From NCBI GenBank assembly GCA_963849325.1, contig CAWKHF010000006.1, positions 544,001-608,000 on the forward strand: a DNA stretch of 64,000 nt, read 5' to 3'. This document shows, in pieces, positions 30,905 to 41,721 of the stretch (positions are counted from its first letter, which is position 1; every line of letters begins with the position of its first letter). Made by a program: the position numbers and the translations under genes. The notes below the pieces were generated by a model. That model saw only the letters and a program-made list of their open reading frames with translations. It made no database searches and had not been told where the DNA came from. Origin of the DNA: an uncultured Planctomycetota bacterium. GTDB taxonomy: Bacteria; Planctomycetota; Planctomycetia; Gemmatales; Gemmataceae.

Positions 30905-31471
30905 ATGTTCAACCGAGTGACAACGACGATCTTGCGCCGTCTGGGTGGACCTCCCAGCTTCCGAATCTACGGCAAGACGCGCCGGGAGAGCGACTGGCAC
31001 GTCATTGGTGTCCACGCCACGCACCGCCGCGATAGCGCCAGCCGGTGGCCGAGGTATCTCTTTCGCGGCACTTGCATCACCTGGACGGCGGAAGTCATCG
31101 CGGTCGGCTGGGACTTCGCCGAGGACGTGCTGCGCGAGCAGGTGAGCGAACCGGCTTCGCGCGAGCGGCCGGTGGAGGTGGCCGCCGGCCGCATTCGCGG
31201 TCCTCTGCGCCGGGCAGAAACGGGAGCTTCGCCTTTCGCCACTGCCAGCGAAGTGTTGGCGCACGAATGCGGACACACCGGACAAATGTTACGGATGGGC
31301 CTTTTGTACTGGCCGATCGGCGGAGCGCTGACGCTGTTCCGCGAAGGTCCGCACTGGTGGAACCGCTTCGAGAACCAGGCCAGCGAGGAGGGCCAGTTCG
31401 GCGGCATCGTCAACGGTTCCGTCTGCGTGAAGTTGATGCAACGGCTGCACAATCCCATACATCCCGTTTAG
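30905..31471 (+). CDS. Hypothetical protein with HExxH motif (possible zincin)
   Basis: VLAHECGHTGQ...NRFENQA. Confidence 0.55.
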   Translation: MFNRVTTTILRRLGGPPSFRIYGKTRRESDWHVIGVHATHRRDSASRWPRYLFRGTCITWTAEVIAVGWDFAEDVLREQVSEPASRERPVEVAAGRIRGPLRRAETGASPFATASEVLAHECGHTGQMLRMGLLYWPIGGALTLFREGPHWWNRFENQASEEGQFGGIVNGSVCVKLMQRLHNPIHPV

Positions 31472-31520
31472 CCGCGACGCGCAGCGGAGCGCGCACTCCG
31501 CTGCGCGTCGCGGCTAAACG
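31465..31520. repeat. REP-like palindrome between convergent genes; a partial second copy is at 1-18
   Basis: CGTTTAGCCGCGACGCGCAGCGGAG / CTCCGCTGCGCGTCGCGGCTAAACG. Confidence 0.8.
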
Positions 31521-31544
31521 AGTCCGTATCACCGGATACGTGTA

Positions 31545-32272
31545 CTAATTCTTCGGTTCGGCCACAATCATAACCATCGAGATCTGAGGGAGGTTATCGC
31601 CGAGCACCTCGGCGCTGGCGTCCTTGCCCTTCTTGACGGGCGCGCGCGGAGCGTCCTTCTTCTTGACCAGCGTCACCTGGATGATCTGGTCCTGCTTGAT
31701 GTCGGAGAATTCGCCGGGGAAGCCGGGCAACTTGTCGTCGCCCTTGAGTTCCCTCAATTCCTTCTTGGTGTACTTCTTGACGCGGCCCTTGTCGTCGAAC
31801 TGGGGCGGCGGGTTGAGCATGCGGACCTTGACGTCGTCGGTCGCCTGCCATTCCACGTCCTTGGTGGTCGTGGCGACCTGGTAGATGGTGGCTTCCGCCT
31901 GGGCCATCCGCTGCTGCGCCTGCATCATCTGCTGATAATTTTGCGCCGCAACATGCTCAGCTGCGCTTGCTGATAACTCTGCAAGGCGCCGGTATTGAGC
32001 TTCAGGTACGGGATGGTCAGATGCAGGCGCAGCGTCTTCTTGTCTTCGATGACGGCCGCGACGCGCACGGTGATGACGCCGGAGCGCAGGGCCTTGTCCT
32101 TGGCCGCCTCCGGGTCTCGGGCCATGTTCTTCATCTCGGCCTTCTTGGGTGCCGGCGTCTTGGCCGTCTTCTTGGCGTCGTCTTTCTTGTCCTTGTCATC
32201 GGCCCCCAGGACGGGCAGGACAAGCAGGAAACCCATCAGGACGAACGCGACGAGGCGTGACACGGATCGCAT
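31545..32272 (-). CDS. Secreted Lys-rich hypothetical protein; frameshift near 31950
   Basis: Signal peptide; two consecutive ORFs with the same codon bias (KVRMLNPPPQFDDKG...). Confidence 0.65.
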
Positions 32273-32398
32273 GGCCCAGTCCCCTTGCAAAGCAGCCCAC
32301 GACAGTATTTCCATCTGCCGAATAGTTTACCCGGTCGCCGCGGACAGAACAAATGAAAAATGCCGCGGACGCACGCCCGTCGCCGCTGGGCGCGGCCG

Positions 32399-32914
32399 TT
32401 ACACACGGCCCTCCTTCTCCCACGGCGCGGGGAAGCTGCCGTGGGCGTAACGCTGGGCCAGTTCCAGGTAATGGGCCGAGATGGCTTGCGTTCGCCGCAG
32501 GTCGTCGTCGCTGACCTCCCGGACGACTCGGCCGGGCACGCCCATGACCACCGAGCGCGGCGGGATGCGGCGTTTCTCGGTGATGAGGGTGCCGGCCGCG
32601 ACGAGACACTCGGCCCCGATTTCGCAGTCGGACAGCAGCAAGGCCCCCATGCCGACGAGCGTATCGCGGCCGATGAAACGGCCGTGCAGTACGGCCCGGT
32701 GGCCGACCACGACGCCCTCCTCGATGTGCTGTGGCTTGTCGCGATCGGTGTGGACGATGCAGCCGTCCTGCAAGTTGACGCGCGGACCCAGCGTGATGCG
32801 CGCCAGGTCGCCGCGCAGGATCGAGCCGAACCAAATGTTCGCGCCCGCCGACAGGACGATGTCTCCGGTCACGACCGCATTGTGCGCCACGTAATAATCC
32901 TGGATCGCCCGCAT
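32399..32914 (-). CDS. Gamma carbonic anhydrase family (hexapeptide repeat) protein
   Basis: IWFGSILRGD, NLQDGCIVH, VGHRAVLHG and GVPGRVVR motifs. Confidence 0.92.
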   Translation of the reverse strand: MRAIQDYYVAHNAVVTGDIVLSAGANIWFGSILRGDLARITLGPRVNLQDGCIVHTDRDKPQHIEEGVVVGHRAVLHGRFIGRDTLVGMGALLLSDCEIGAECLVAAGTLITEKRRIPPRSVVMGVPGRVVREVSDDDLRRTQAISAHYLELAQRYAHGSFPAPWEKEGRV

Positions 32915-33073
32915 CGCCTTCCATCCTTTTGCCCGGTCTCTCCGTCCGCGACCGTCCTCCGCAGGCCATTGTATGACCGGCCTCGCGCCCGCCTATGGAC
33001 GGTCCTCCCCACCATCCCGACAATCAAAAGGAGCGGACGGCTGGCCGACACGAAACGAGACGGAGGCCCTGGG

Positions 33074-34228
33074 ATGCGGCGAATGGGATATGGACGAATG
33101 ACCGGGTTGCTCCTTCTGCTGGCGGCGCCCGTGTACGGCGATTCGGCTGCGGCGGAGGCGCTGGCGCGACTGAAGGCTGTCGGTCGAGAGGGGAGCGGCA
33201 ACGCCGAGGCGGCTGGGGCGTGGAAGGAAGTCGTGCGGCTCGGCCCCACGGCGCTGCCGGCGATCCTGACGGCGATGGACGACGCCGACGCTACCTCCGC
33301 CAACTGGCTGCGTACCGCCGTCGATGCCATCGCCGAGCGGTCGCTCGCGGCCGGCAAGCCGTTACCGGCCGGGCCGATGGAGCAGTTCATCCGTCAGACC
33401 CGTCACAACGGCGCCGCTCGCCGACTCGCCTACGAATGGCTGTGCCGCGTCGATCCGAAGACGCCCGCTCGTCTGCTGCCGGGCATGCTCCAGGATCCCG
33501 GAGCCGAGCTGCGCCGCGACGCGGTCGCCGCCGTTCTCCAGGACGCTCAGGCCAGGCTCGACAGGGGCGACGCGGACGGCGCTCGGTCGGCGTACCGCAA
33601 GGCACTCACCGGCGCCTGCGACAAGGACCAGGTGGACCTCATCGCGAAACAGCTCGGCAAGCTCGGCGACAAGGTGGATGTCGCCGTCCATTTCGGCTTC
33701 GTCCGCCACTGGCTTCTCGCCGCCCCCTTCGACAACACCGCAGACGCCGGCTTCAATGTCGCTTATCCCCCCGAGAAGAGTGTTGACCCAAAGGCCGTGT
33801 ACAAGGGCAAGAAAAACGCTGAGGTTCGCTGGGTCCCCTTCACCACGACCGACCCCTATGGCGTGGTCAATCTCAACAAGGTGCTGGGCAAGCATCATGG
33901 CGTCGCCGCCTACGCCTACGCCGTCATCGAATCGCCGACCGAGCGGCCCATCCAGGTCCGCGCCGGCTCGGCGAACGGGATCAAGATTTTTCTCAACGGC
34001 AAGGAGTTATACCACCGCGACGAGTACCATCACGGCATGGAGGTCGATCAGCACATCGCCCACGCCACCCTGAAGGCCGGCCGCAATGAATTACTCCTCA
34101 AGGTATGTCAGAACGAGCAGAAGGAAGATTGGGCACAGAACTGGACCTTCCAGGCGCGTCTGTGCGATGCCGTTGGCGCGGCCGTGCCGTACACGCAGGT
34201 TGCCGTAGAAGGAGAGGCGAAACCATGA
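33074..34228 (+). CDS. Secreted hypothetical protein (HEAT-like N-terminus, beta-sandwich C-terminus)
   Basis: Signal peptide; GSANGIKIFLNGK...LKAGRNELLLKV. Confidence 0.7.
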   Translation: MRRMGYGRMTGLLLLLAAPVYGDSAAAEALARLKAVGREGSGNAEAAGAWKEVVRLGPTALPAILTAMDDADATSANWLRTAVDAIAERSLAAGKPLPAGPMEQFIRQTRHNGAARRLAYEWLCRVDPKTPARLLPGMLQDPGAELRRDAVAAVLQDAQARLDRGDADGARSAYRKALTGACDKDQVDLIAKQLGKLGDKVDVAVHFGFVRHWLLAAPFDNTADAGFNVAYPPEKSVDPKAVYKGKKNAEVRWVPFTTTDPYGVVNLNKVLGKHHGVAAYAYAVIESPTERPIQVRAGSANGIKIFLNGKELYHRDEYHHGMEVDQHIAHATLKAGRNELLLKVCQNEQKEDWAQNWTFQARLCDAVGAAVPYTQVAVEGEAKP

Positions 34229-35553
34229 GGGGTGAAAAACAAAAGAGCCTCACGCAAAGGCGCAAAGGACGCAAAGAAAAAAAACAAGGAACCGTACCGG
34301 CATTCGCTTTTCGGTCTTTCTTTGCGTTCTTTGCGCCTTTGCGTGAGGTTCTTTCTCTCTCTCTAATCGTGCTTCTGCCGGCCGCTGCTCCGGCCGGCGA
34401 CTGGCCGCAGTTTCGCGGTCCCGGCGGCGCCGCCGTCTCCGAGGAGACCGGCCTGCCCGTGAAGTGGAGCGACACCGAGAACGTCCGCTGGAAGGCGGAG
34501 CTGCCCGGCCGCGGCGTGTCGAGTCCGGTCATCGCCGATGGCCGCGTCTACGTCACGGCCAGCTCCGGCTACCGGCAAAGGCGGCTGCACGTACTCTGTT
34601 TGGATACCGCCACCGGCCGGAAGCTCTGGGAACGACAGGTTGCCTCGACCGGCAGTACCATGTGTCATCCCAAGACGAGCATGGCCGCGCCGACGCCGGT
34701 GACGGATGGACGGCGCGTTTACGCCCTGTTCGCCACCGGCGACCTCGCCGCCTTCGATCGCGACGGCGATCTGCTGTGGTATCGCGCCCTGCAGCGCGAC
34801 TATCCCGACATCACCAACCAGGTGGGCATGGCCGCCTCGCCGGTGCTGGCCGGCGACGCGCTGCTGTTGCCGCTGGAGAACGCCGGCGATTCGTTCGCCC
34901 TAGCCGTGGACGCCGCGACCGGCCGCAACCGCTGGAAGGTGCCGCGGACGCGCGACATCAACTGGGTGACGCCGCTGCTAACGCGCTTTCACGGCAAGGC
35001 CGCCGCCCTGTTTCAGACATCCGCCGAGATCACCGCCTACGATGTGGACAATGGCGAGGTCTTGTGGAGCTACAAGGGCGACAACCTGGGATCGGTCCCC
35101 TCGCCGGCGCGGATGGACGATCTGATTATCGTGCCGGGCAACCCTTCCGTCGCCCTGCGTCTGTCCGAGGGAGACAAGCCCGAAGTAGTGTGGAAAAGCC
35201 GAAAACTGTCCGCCGCTTACGCCTCGCCGGTCGTCTACAAGGGGCGGATCTATGCCATGACCGGGATCGGCGTGAACTGTCTGGATGCGTCCACGGGGGA
35301 AGTGCTCTGGCAGGAGCGCCTGGGCCACGGCTTTTCCGCATCGCCGGTCATCGCCGACGGCAAGCTCTATGTCGCCAAGGAGGAAGGAGACACGTCGGTC
35401 GTCCAACTCGGCGACAAGCCCAAAATCCTGGCGAATAATGCCTTGAAGGAAATGTTGTTGGCCACTCCGGCGATCGCCAAGGGCGCGATTTACCTACGAA
35501 CGGAGAAGCATTTGTATTGCGTCTCGAGGATACAGTCCGAAGCGCGACCGTAA
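34225..35553 (+). CDS. PQQ-binding-like beta-propeller protein
   Basis: DWPQFRGP, WKAELPGRGVSSPV, and repeated SPV...G.vY motifs. Confidence 0.9.
   Translation: MRGEKQKSLTQRRKGRKEKKQGTVPAFAFRSFFAFFAPLREVLSLSLIVLLPAAAPAGDWPQFRGPGGAAVSEETGLPVKWSDTENVRWKAELPGRGVSSPVIADGRVYVTASSGYRQRRLHVLCLDTATGRKLWERQVASTGSTMCHPKTSMAAPTPVTDGRRVYALFATGDLAAFDRDGDLLWYRALQRDYPDITNQVGMAASPVLAGDALLLPLENAGDSFALAVDAATGRNRWKVPRTRDINWVTPLLTRFHGKAAALFQTSAEITAYDVDNGEVLWSYKGDNLGSVPSPARMDDLIIVPGNPSVALRLSEGDKPEVVWKSRKLSAAYASPVVYKGRIYAMTGIGVNCLDASTGEVLWQERLGHGFSASPVIADGKLYVAKEEGDTSVVQLGDKPKILANNALKEMLLATPAIAKGAIYLRTEKHLYCVSRIQSEARP
34243..34353. repeat. CGCAAAG-periodic inverted repeat inside the 5' coding region
   Basis: CCTCACGCAAAGGCGCAAAGGACGCAAAGAAA / TTTCTTTGCGTTCTTTGCGCCTTTGCGTGAGG. 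Confidence 0.8.
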
Positions 35554-35615
35554 GAGCCACGAACAAATGGCCAGCAGGGAGCTGACGCCTGCTCGCCAAA
35601 AGAGACCTTACGGCG

Positions 35616-35644
35616 TTGACAAGGGTCTATCATTTGTCTCTAAT
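35616..35644 (+). promoter_or_regulatory. Sigma70-like promoter
   Basis: TTGACA-17 nt-TCTAAT upstream of the CDS at 35767. Confidence 0.5.
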
Positions 35645-35766
35645 GTTCGTATGTTAACTTGCTAATGTGTTCGCACCGCCTGGAAATCATGGCGGGTTGC
35701 TTCTTACGACACCGGCGCAGCGGATCGACGAGAAGACTTACAGGACCATCAACAGAGAGAGGCATC

Positions 35767-37817
35767 ATGTTTTCCTTTGATTGGCGGAAGTGGGGAAAGC
35801 AGGTCCGTGACAGCCAACGTGCGCCGGCGCGAGAACGCTACAGCTTTCGTCCCTTGCTGGAGGTATTGGAGGACCGCGTGGTACTCAGCGGCAACAACGT
35901 CACCACGGCGGCGAGCGCGGCGACGGCCTTCTTCAGTCCGCAGGCGCAAGAGGTGCCCCTCCGCGCCACGGTCAGCGACACCAGCAATTCCGCCACCACG
36001 GTCAACGAGGGCACCGTCACCTTCACCATGAAGGACAGCAGCGGCAACACCGTGGGCAGTCCGGTCCAGGCAACGGTCAGCAACGGCGTCGCCACGACCT
36101 CCTCGTTCAGTCTACCGGCCGGGCAGGCCGTCGGCAGTTACAACATTGATGTTAGCTACAGCGACTCCAGCGGCGATTTCATCGACAGCGGCGACACCGC
36201 CAGCACGCTCACCGTCAGCGCCGCCAACGTCACCACGTTGGCGAGCGCGGAATCGGTCGCCTTCAGCCTCCAGGCGCAAACGGTGTTCCTCAGCGCCGCC
36301 GTCACCGACGCCAGCAATGCCGCCGTCACGGTCAACGGGGGCAACGTCACCTTCACCCTCAAGGACGCCAACGGCAACACCGTGGGCAGCCCGGTCCAGG
36401 GGTCCGTCAGCAGTGGCATCGCCGACGCCTCGTTCAATCTGCCGGCCGGGCAGGCCCTCGGCAGCTACAGCATTGATGTCAGCTACAGCGATTCCAGCGG
36501 CGACTTCACCGACAGCGGCGACACCGCCAGCACGCTCACCATCACGCCGCCAACGTCACCACGACGGCGAGTGCGGCGTCGGCCACCTTCAGTCCGCAGG
36601 CGCAAACGGTATCCCTCAGCGCCACAGTCAGCGACATCAGCGTTTCCACCAACACGGTCAACGAGGGCAACGTCACCTTCACCCTCAAGGACGCCAACGG
36701 CAACACCGTGAGCACGGCGCAAGGCGCGGTCAGCAACGATGTCGCCACCGCCGCGTTGAGTCTGCCAGCCGGGCAGGCCGCCGGCAGCTACAGCATTGAT
36801 GTTAGCTACAGCGACTCCAGCGGCGATTTCACCGACAGCGGCGACACCCCCAGCACGCTCACCGTCAGCGCCGCCAACGTCGCCACGATCGCCCAGGCAT
36901 CGTCCGTCGCCTACAGCACCAGCGGACAGGTCCTCTCCTTGCAGGCCACGGTCAGCGACACCAGCAGTCCCGCCAACACGGTCAACGAGGGCAACGTCAC
37001 CTTCACCATCGAGGACGCCAAGGGCAACAGCGTGGGTACGACGGTGGGCGCGGTCAGCAACGGTGTCGCCACCGCCGCGTTTAGTCTGCCGACCGGGCAA
37101 GCTCCCGGCGCTTACACTCTCCAGGTAGCCTTCAGCGATCCCTCCGGTGATTTCACGGACACCAGCGACAAATCCGCCGCGCTGACGCTCAACTTCACTC
37201 CGCCGACGGGACTGGTAGCCCAGGTCTTCGCCAGCGTGCGTGCGGGGGCGCAACTGCAAGACCCTACGAGCTTGGCTGCGGCCCTGGATCAGGTGCAGGG
37301 ATTGTATCTGGCGGCCGCCGCGCAGTCGCCGACGCAAGCCACCGCGTTGATCCAGAACGAGAGCACGTTGATGTACGATCTGACGCTGTTCTTCGACCAG
37401 GCCGTGCTGGAGGGCATCACCGATCCGACGTTGCAAGCCCACATCGCCACGTTGGCGCAGACGGTCGCCGGCAATCCGCTGTACGGCACGGCGAGCGGCA
37501 ACGCGCTGGCAACGTCCTTCGGCGCATTGTTGTCGGCTTCCTTCGACCAACCCGCCACCGTGCAGCCGGTAGCCGCCACAGCGCTGGGCCAGGCATCCAG
37601 CGACAACGCGCAGTACGGCACGGCGTCCGGCTACGATCTGGGGGTGGCTCTCGGCGCCTTGACGTTGACCAACTTCACCGCGCCCGACGCGGCCCTCCTG
37701 AGCAGTCTGGAGGCGCTGGTGCAGTCCGCCGGCTCGAATCCGCTGTACGGCACGCCGGCCGGCTATGTCATGGGGCTGTACGCCGGCGCCCTGGCGGCGA
37801 GCGGCCTGTCGCCGTAG
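35767..37817 (+). CDS. Planctomycete extracellular protein with three Ig-like repeats; frameshift near 36548
   Basis: FRPLLEVLEDRVVLS motif; ~110-aa Thr/Ser-rich repeats (VNEGTVTFT...GSYSIDVSYSD). Confidence 0.8.
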
Positions 37818-38397
37818 TGATCTACGCCGAGAGTTCATCCGATCGACGCGAACGGGGAAGACAGAAGGCCATTCCGCCGAGGAAGTGTCGCTCTCTTTTC
37901 CGCTACTAATTCGCGTCGCCAAGAATTGACGGGATAGGCCGGCTTTGTAGCGGAGGGGGGCCGCCAACCGCCAGTCCTCGCCGGCCCGATCCGGCCTACC
38001 AGCAGATTCCGTGTCGGTCTGGACTGGTGTACGTCCACGGTTCCGGCCGGCTGGCCGTCGAGGTGGATTACCGACCGCGTACTCGGCGCCAGATGGACGC
38101 CCTGGGGCTGGTCTGCCACCAGGAAGGGGACCAGGAGGCGACCTTCCTGTTCACGTTGGAACAGGCGCCAGCCGTGTTCCGAATCGTCCGGCCCCGCCGC
38201 AAACCGGCCCGCAAAAAGGTAGTTATCGGGGGGTTCCCAAGGTCGCAAGCTCTCCTAGTAGCCTCATCCGACCCTTGGGCCGTCTCGACACTTCGAGGCA
38301 GTTTGGTCTTCTGTACAGCTTCTCAACTCTCATCCGGCGGGGCTAGCTCTGCCTCATGTCCCATCAAGGAAATCTCATGTCCGAACCCGTCCAGAAA

Positions 38398-38955
38398 TTA
38401 ACAGCCAAAGATCACTGCTTTTTGCACTGGCAGCACGGCCGGCCCCTCCAGCATACGTTTAATATTCCCGAGCGCGACCGCCAGCGACGCCCGAGAGCGT
38501 CTTTCTGCCTGCAACTGTACCTGGAGCCGCGCAATCTCCGCCTCTAAGGGCGATACCTCGGCCGGACGCACGACGCCCAACCCCCGCCCAGCGGGCCGCC
38601 CACCCAGAGAGGCCGAGAGACTGCCCAGTTGACCACGGGCCACAGTCAGACGCTCTCTTTCCGCATCTAACGTCGCCTGCAATCCGGCGTTTTCCACCTT
38701 CAACTGTGACACCTTTGCTTCCGCGATTGCCAGCAGCAATTCCGGCACAGGTCTGAACCATTCGCCGCGCTCTCGGGCGCCTGCAAAGCGTTCATGCCAC
38801 GCTGTTTCTTCCGGCGTGTAGCCCTCCAACGCCAAAAGTACCACCAAGTTCCCGGGACAACCCGTCTGAAATGTTCGGCGTCTGTCTGTTACAGTGCCCT
38901 TAGTCTTCCCAATCTTGATGAGTTGCGTTGCTTCATCCCGGATGAAATAGATCAT
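38398..38955 (-). CDS. GIY-YIG (T5orf172/MUG113-like) domain protein with coiled coil
   Basis: MIYFI...IKIGKT...RRRTFQTG...E..WHERF...GEWF. Confidence 0.8.
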   Translation of the reverse strand: MIYFIRDEATQLIKIGKTKGTVTDRRRTFQTGCPGNLVVLLALEGYTPEETAWHERFAGARERGEWFRPVPELLLAIAEAKVSQLKVENAGLQATLDAERERLTVARGQLGSLSASLGGRPAGRGLGVVRPAEVSPLEAEIARLQVQLQAERRSRASLAVALGNIKRMLEGPAVLPVQKAVIFGC

Positions 38956-39347
38956 GGTTCGCTCCAGGTTTTCCCCGCCCTAGCTGCCGTAGATGAAACC
39001 GCCGAACGCCAAAGCTATCCTGCCGGGACCCCCTGTAAAACCTTGATATGCCGCGAAAAAAACACTATGGCGATCCGATCAGGTGCAACGGTTGGTTCGG
39101 CGACACTCGGAGCCACTGAAACCGCCGGTACATCGAAGAAGCTGTGTCAATTCGGCTTGCCTACTCCGGCGATCTCACGATAGCCGTCTGAGGTGGTAAC
39201 TCCGTAGTCGATATGCAGTCCACCCGTCCGCCCATCCGGCAATTGCACGACCACGACTTCCAGCGAACTTCTTCCTGCGATGAGCCTCTTGAAATCATCA
39301 TCTGCCAGCAATATGACGGCGTTCCAGAAAACTAGCCGGTGACTGTA

Positions 39348-40379
39348 CAACTTATTGCGCTACGCGGCGTAAGTCGTTATTCCGTGTTGTCGTTTGAGGG
39401 CGGTGAGGACCATCTTGGCCTGAACCCAGCGGCGGCACGCGCCGGTGGCTCCGCACCCACGCGGGCAGACACGACAGACCTCCCGCCCAGTTGACCAACT
39501 GCCCGAAGCGACGCTCGATCTCGTTGCGACTCTCCAGCAAACCGTCTGCGAAAGCCGGAAACGGGTTCTCCGTCAACTGAACACTATGTAGACGACCGGC
39601 GCTGTGCTGGTGCCGACCCAACCCATGGCCCGGACCCTTACGACGCCGCGCGATCAGGTACAACCCCTCCCGGCGGTCGCACACCGCGTGCAGCGGGTTG
39701 GAGTCGAAGTTGGAGTCGCCCACCACATAGCCCTGGACGTCCGCGTCACGCAGCATTCGCCGGGCCATGACACGCTCATCGCCATTCATCGGCGTCAAAC
39801 GCCAGGCGGCCACAGCGCCGTCCGACGCCACCACCGCGTGGATTTTGTAGCCCTTGGCCTTGCTGTTAGCGGCCCGCCCGTAGCCGGCCTGGCGGTCCTT
39901 GGAGCAGCCGCCGATGACCAACGGCTTACCGTCGATCATCCAGTACAAGCCGGGCTGGCGTGGAGCCATCACGCGGCGTTCCAGTTGCTCGAGGAGGGCG
40001 ACCATGCGGGGGGAACGGAGGCGGCGTGACAAGTTCCCCGGGTTAGGCAAGGGCCGGCGACGGAGAGGGAGGGGCCAGTGTTCCTTATTGCAAGCCCAGC
40101 ACTGAGGTCGGTCGTGGATGACGGCCCAGTAGAAGACGGCGACGATGTCGTGATCGGTAAAATCCTTTTCGCGTCGTCGCCGGGGCTGGTCGAAGGTAGC
40201 GAGAACGGCGACAATGGCCTTCCACAGTTGGTGTTCCATGAGGGTTCTCCTGAGGGTGGTACTTCAGGAGTTATCATGGACACCAACTGTGCTTTACCAA
40301 AGGCCACTTCGGGCGATAAGTACCAAAACGCCCAAGTCAGCTGCACGCCACTACTTGCGACGCGTAGCGCAATAAGTTG
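39348..40379 (-). mobile_element. DDE insertion sequence (IS4/IS5/IS982-like)
   Basis: TIR CAACTTATTGCGCTACGCG at both ends; TGTA duplication. Confidence 0.85.
39352..40239 (-). CDS. DDE transposase
   Basis: IDGKPL, GYKIHAVV, VGDSNFD and RNEIERRF motifs. Confidence 0.85.
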   Translation of the reverse strand: MEHQLWKAIVAVLATFDQPRRRREKDFTDHDIVAVFYWAVIHDRPQCWACNKEHWPLPLRRRPLPNPGNLSRRLRSPRMVALLEQLERRVMAPRQPGLYWMIDGKPLVIGGCSKDRQAGYGRAANSKAKGYKIHAVVASDGAVAAWRLTPMNGDERVMARRMLRDADVQGYVVGDSNFDSNPLHAVCDRREGLYLIARRRKGPGHGLGRHQHSAGRLHSVQLTENPFPAFADGLLESRNEIERRFGQLVNWAGGLSCLPAWVRSHRRVPPLGSGQDGPHRPQTTTRNNDLRRVAQ

Positions 40380-40800
40380 TGTAGCGTATTTCTATCAAAT
40401 CCGCAGTCGCTGGGATCATCCCTTCTGCCGCAGCAATGTGGCATTCGATCTTTTGCCGTTGCATTTCCATATAACATACCCTCTTCAACTCTCCGGGGTC
40501 CGGGGTTTCTTTTGCGATCCTCGCGGCTTCGATTGCCAAGCCGCCGAACACCATTCTCAGCAGCCGGTTCACGCGGGAGAACCCGGAATGACGCGCACTG
40601 GCTTCCTTCGCGTGGCCCGTCTGCGCAACTTGTTCGGCCGGTACTCGGTGGTTCCTTAGAGCTTGCCCCTGACCTTCTCCCACACCGAGAGAGTCCCCTC
40701 GATAAAGCCTCGGGCGAAGTCGTGGCTCTCGATGGCTTGATGTCTTGTGTCTAGGGCGTTCAGCCAGAAGCCTCCGATCTCACCCCGGTCTGCTCCCCGA

Positions 40801-41289
40801 TCAGGAAATAAGCACCAGTAGAGGGGCTCGGCCGATTCCGGTCTTCATCGGCCCACGATACGGAAGCGCCCCCGCTTGGGCGAGTTTAGGCGCGATTCGC
40901 GGGTTGTCCGCCAGTTCATTCATCAACTCTACGGTCATTCCATCCGCGGCGACATAGTTCAGCCAGTCGGTCAAACCGCACTTGGGATCGTCCGCCAGCG
41001 CCTGCAACCGCCGCAACTGGCGGGGCGTGGCTTTCTCGGCGGCCCACTTCTCGCCCAGCAGATGACCGTCTTGGTATTCTTGATTCGCTTCCAGTTCCGC
41101 CGCTGCTTTCAAGCGGGCAACCATGTCATCCATCCCCTTTACCTCCATTTTGCTCGCGAGTTCAAGAAGTTTTCTCTCGAACGCTTCCGAGGCAACTGCC
41201 GACCAGTTCACACCCTGAACCCGTTCCATGCGAGTCTTCAACTCCCGAGGCACCGAAATGTTCGTCCGCACTACTCCCGATTCGCCCAT
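40801..41289 (-). CDS. Ribbon-helix-helix (CopG/antitoxin-like) DNA-binding protein
   Basis: RTNISVPRELKTRM...VNWSAVASEAFERKL. Confidence 0.6.
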   Translation of the reverse strand: MGESGVVRTNISVPRELKTRMERVQGVNWSAVASEAFERKLLELASKMEVKGMDDMVARLKAAAELEANQEYQDGHLLGEKWAAEKATPRQLRRLQALADDPKCGLTDWLNYVAADGMTVELMNELADNPRIAPKLAQAGALPYRGPMKTGIGRAPLLVLIS

Positions 41290-41568
41290 CGCGTCTCCTC
41301 ACGATCTGATGTGCAACTGCCCAGCCAGCGATTATACATCTATTTTACCTCTTGGTGTGTATCATGTCAATCTACTGGTGTGTAAAATGTGGTAAGAGGA
41401 AAAGCCCTAGACCCTCCCGGCGAGGTTGTAGCGGCCGTGAAAGTTTCAGGATGACGGGAAGGTTTGTAGCGGAAAGTGTAGAGGATGCTGTACTTTCCCG
41501 CTACACATTCCGCTAAAAAAATGCTACAGAAATGTTGTCGTAAGTTGGCTATGATATTCGACTTGTAA

Positions 41569-41640
41569 TGGGCGCTGAGGGAATCGAACCCCCGACCAAC
41601 ACGGTGTAAACATGCCGCTCTACCCCTGAGCTAAGCGCCC
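41569..41640 (-). tRNA. tRNA-Val (anticodon TAC), CCA not encoded
   Basis: Reverse complement folds as a cloverleaf: GGGCGCT acceptor stem, TT-TAC-AC anticodon loop, GGTTCGATTCC T arm. Confidence 0.95.
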
Positions 41641-41721
41641 CTTCGGCCTCGCCTACCAAGACACCCGGTGCGCGGCGCGGAAGGGAGAAGATCATCCCTC
41701 CGCGCCGCACGCCGAGCCGGC

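Larger units (their letters stand above)
39147..40683 (-). pseudogene. Hypothetical gene split by an IS
   Basis: Removing the IS and one TGTA copy joins ...IEIRY to SHRLVFW... in frame. Confidence 0.55.

Noticed and set aside
35890-37200. Near-identical ~330-bp repeats as a DGR template/variable repeat pair
   Set aside because: They are tandem Ig-like domains in one CDS, the differences are not adenine-specific, and no reverse transcriptase is present.
38027-38401. Possible phage-like small ORF
   Set aside because: No clear start or recognisable family; too weak to list as a feature.
41672-41708. GC-rich hairpin between iscA and tRNA-Val as an ncRNA
   Set aside because: Short simple stem with no further structure; more likely a processing or termination hairpin.
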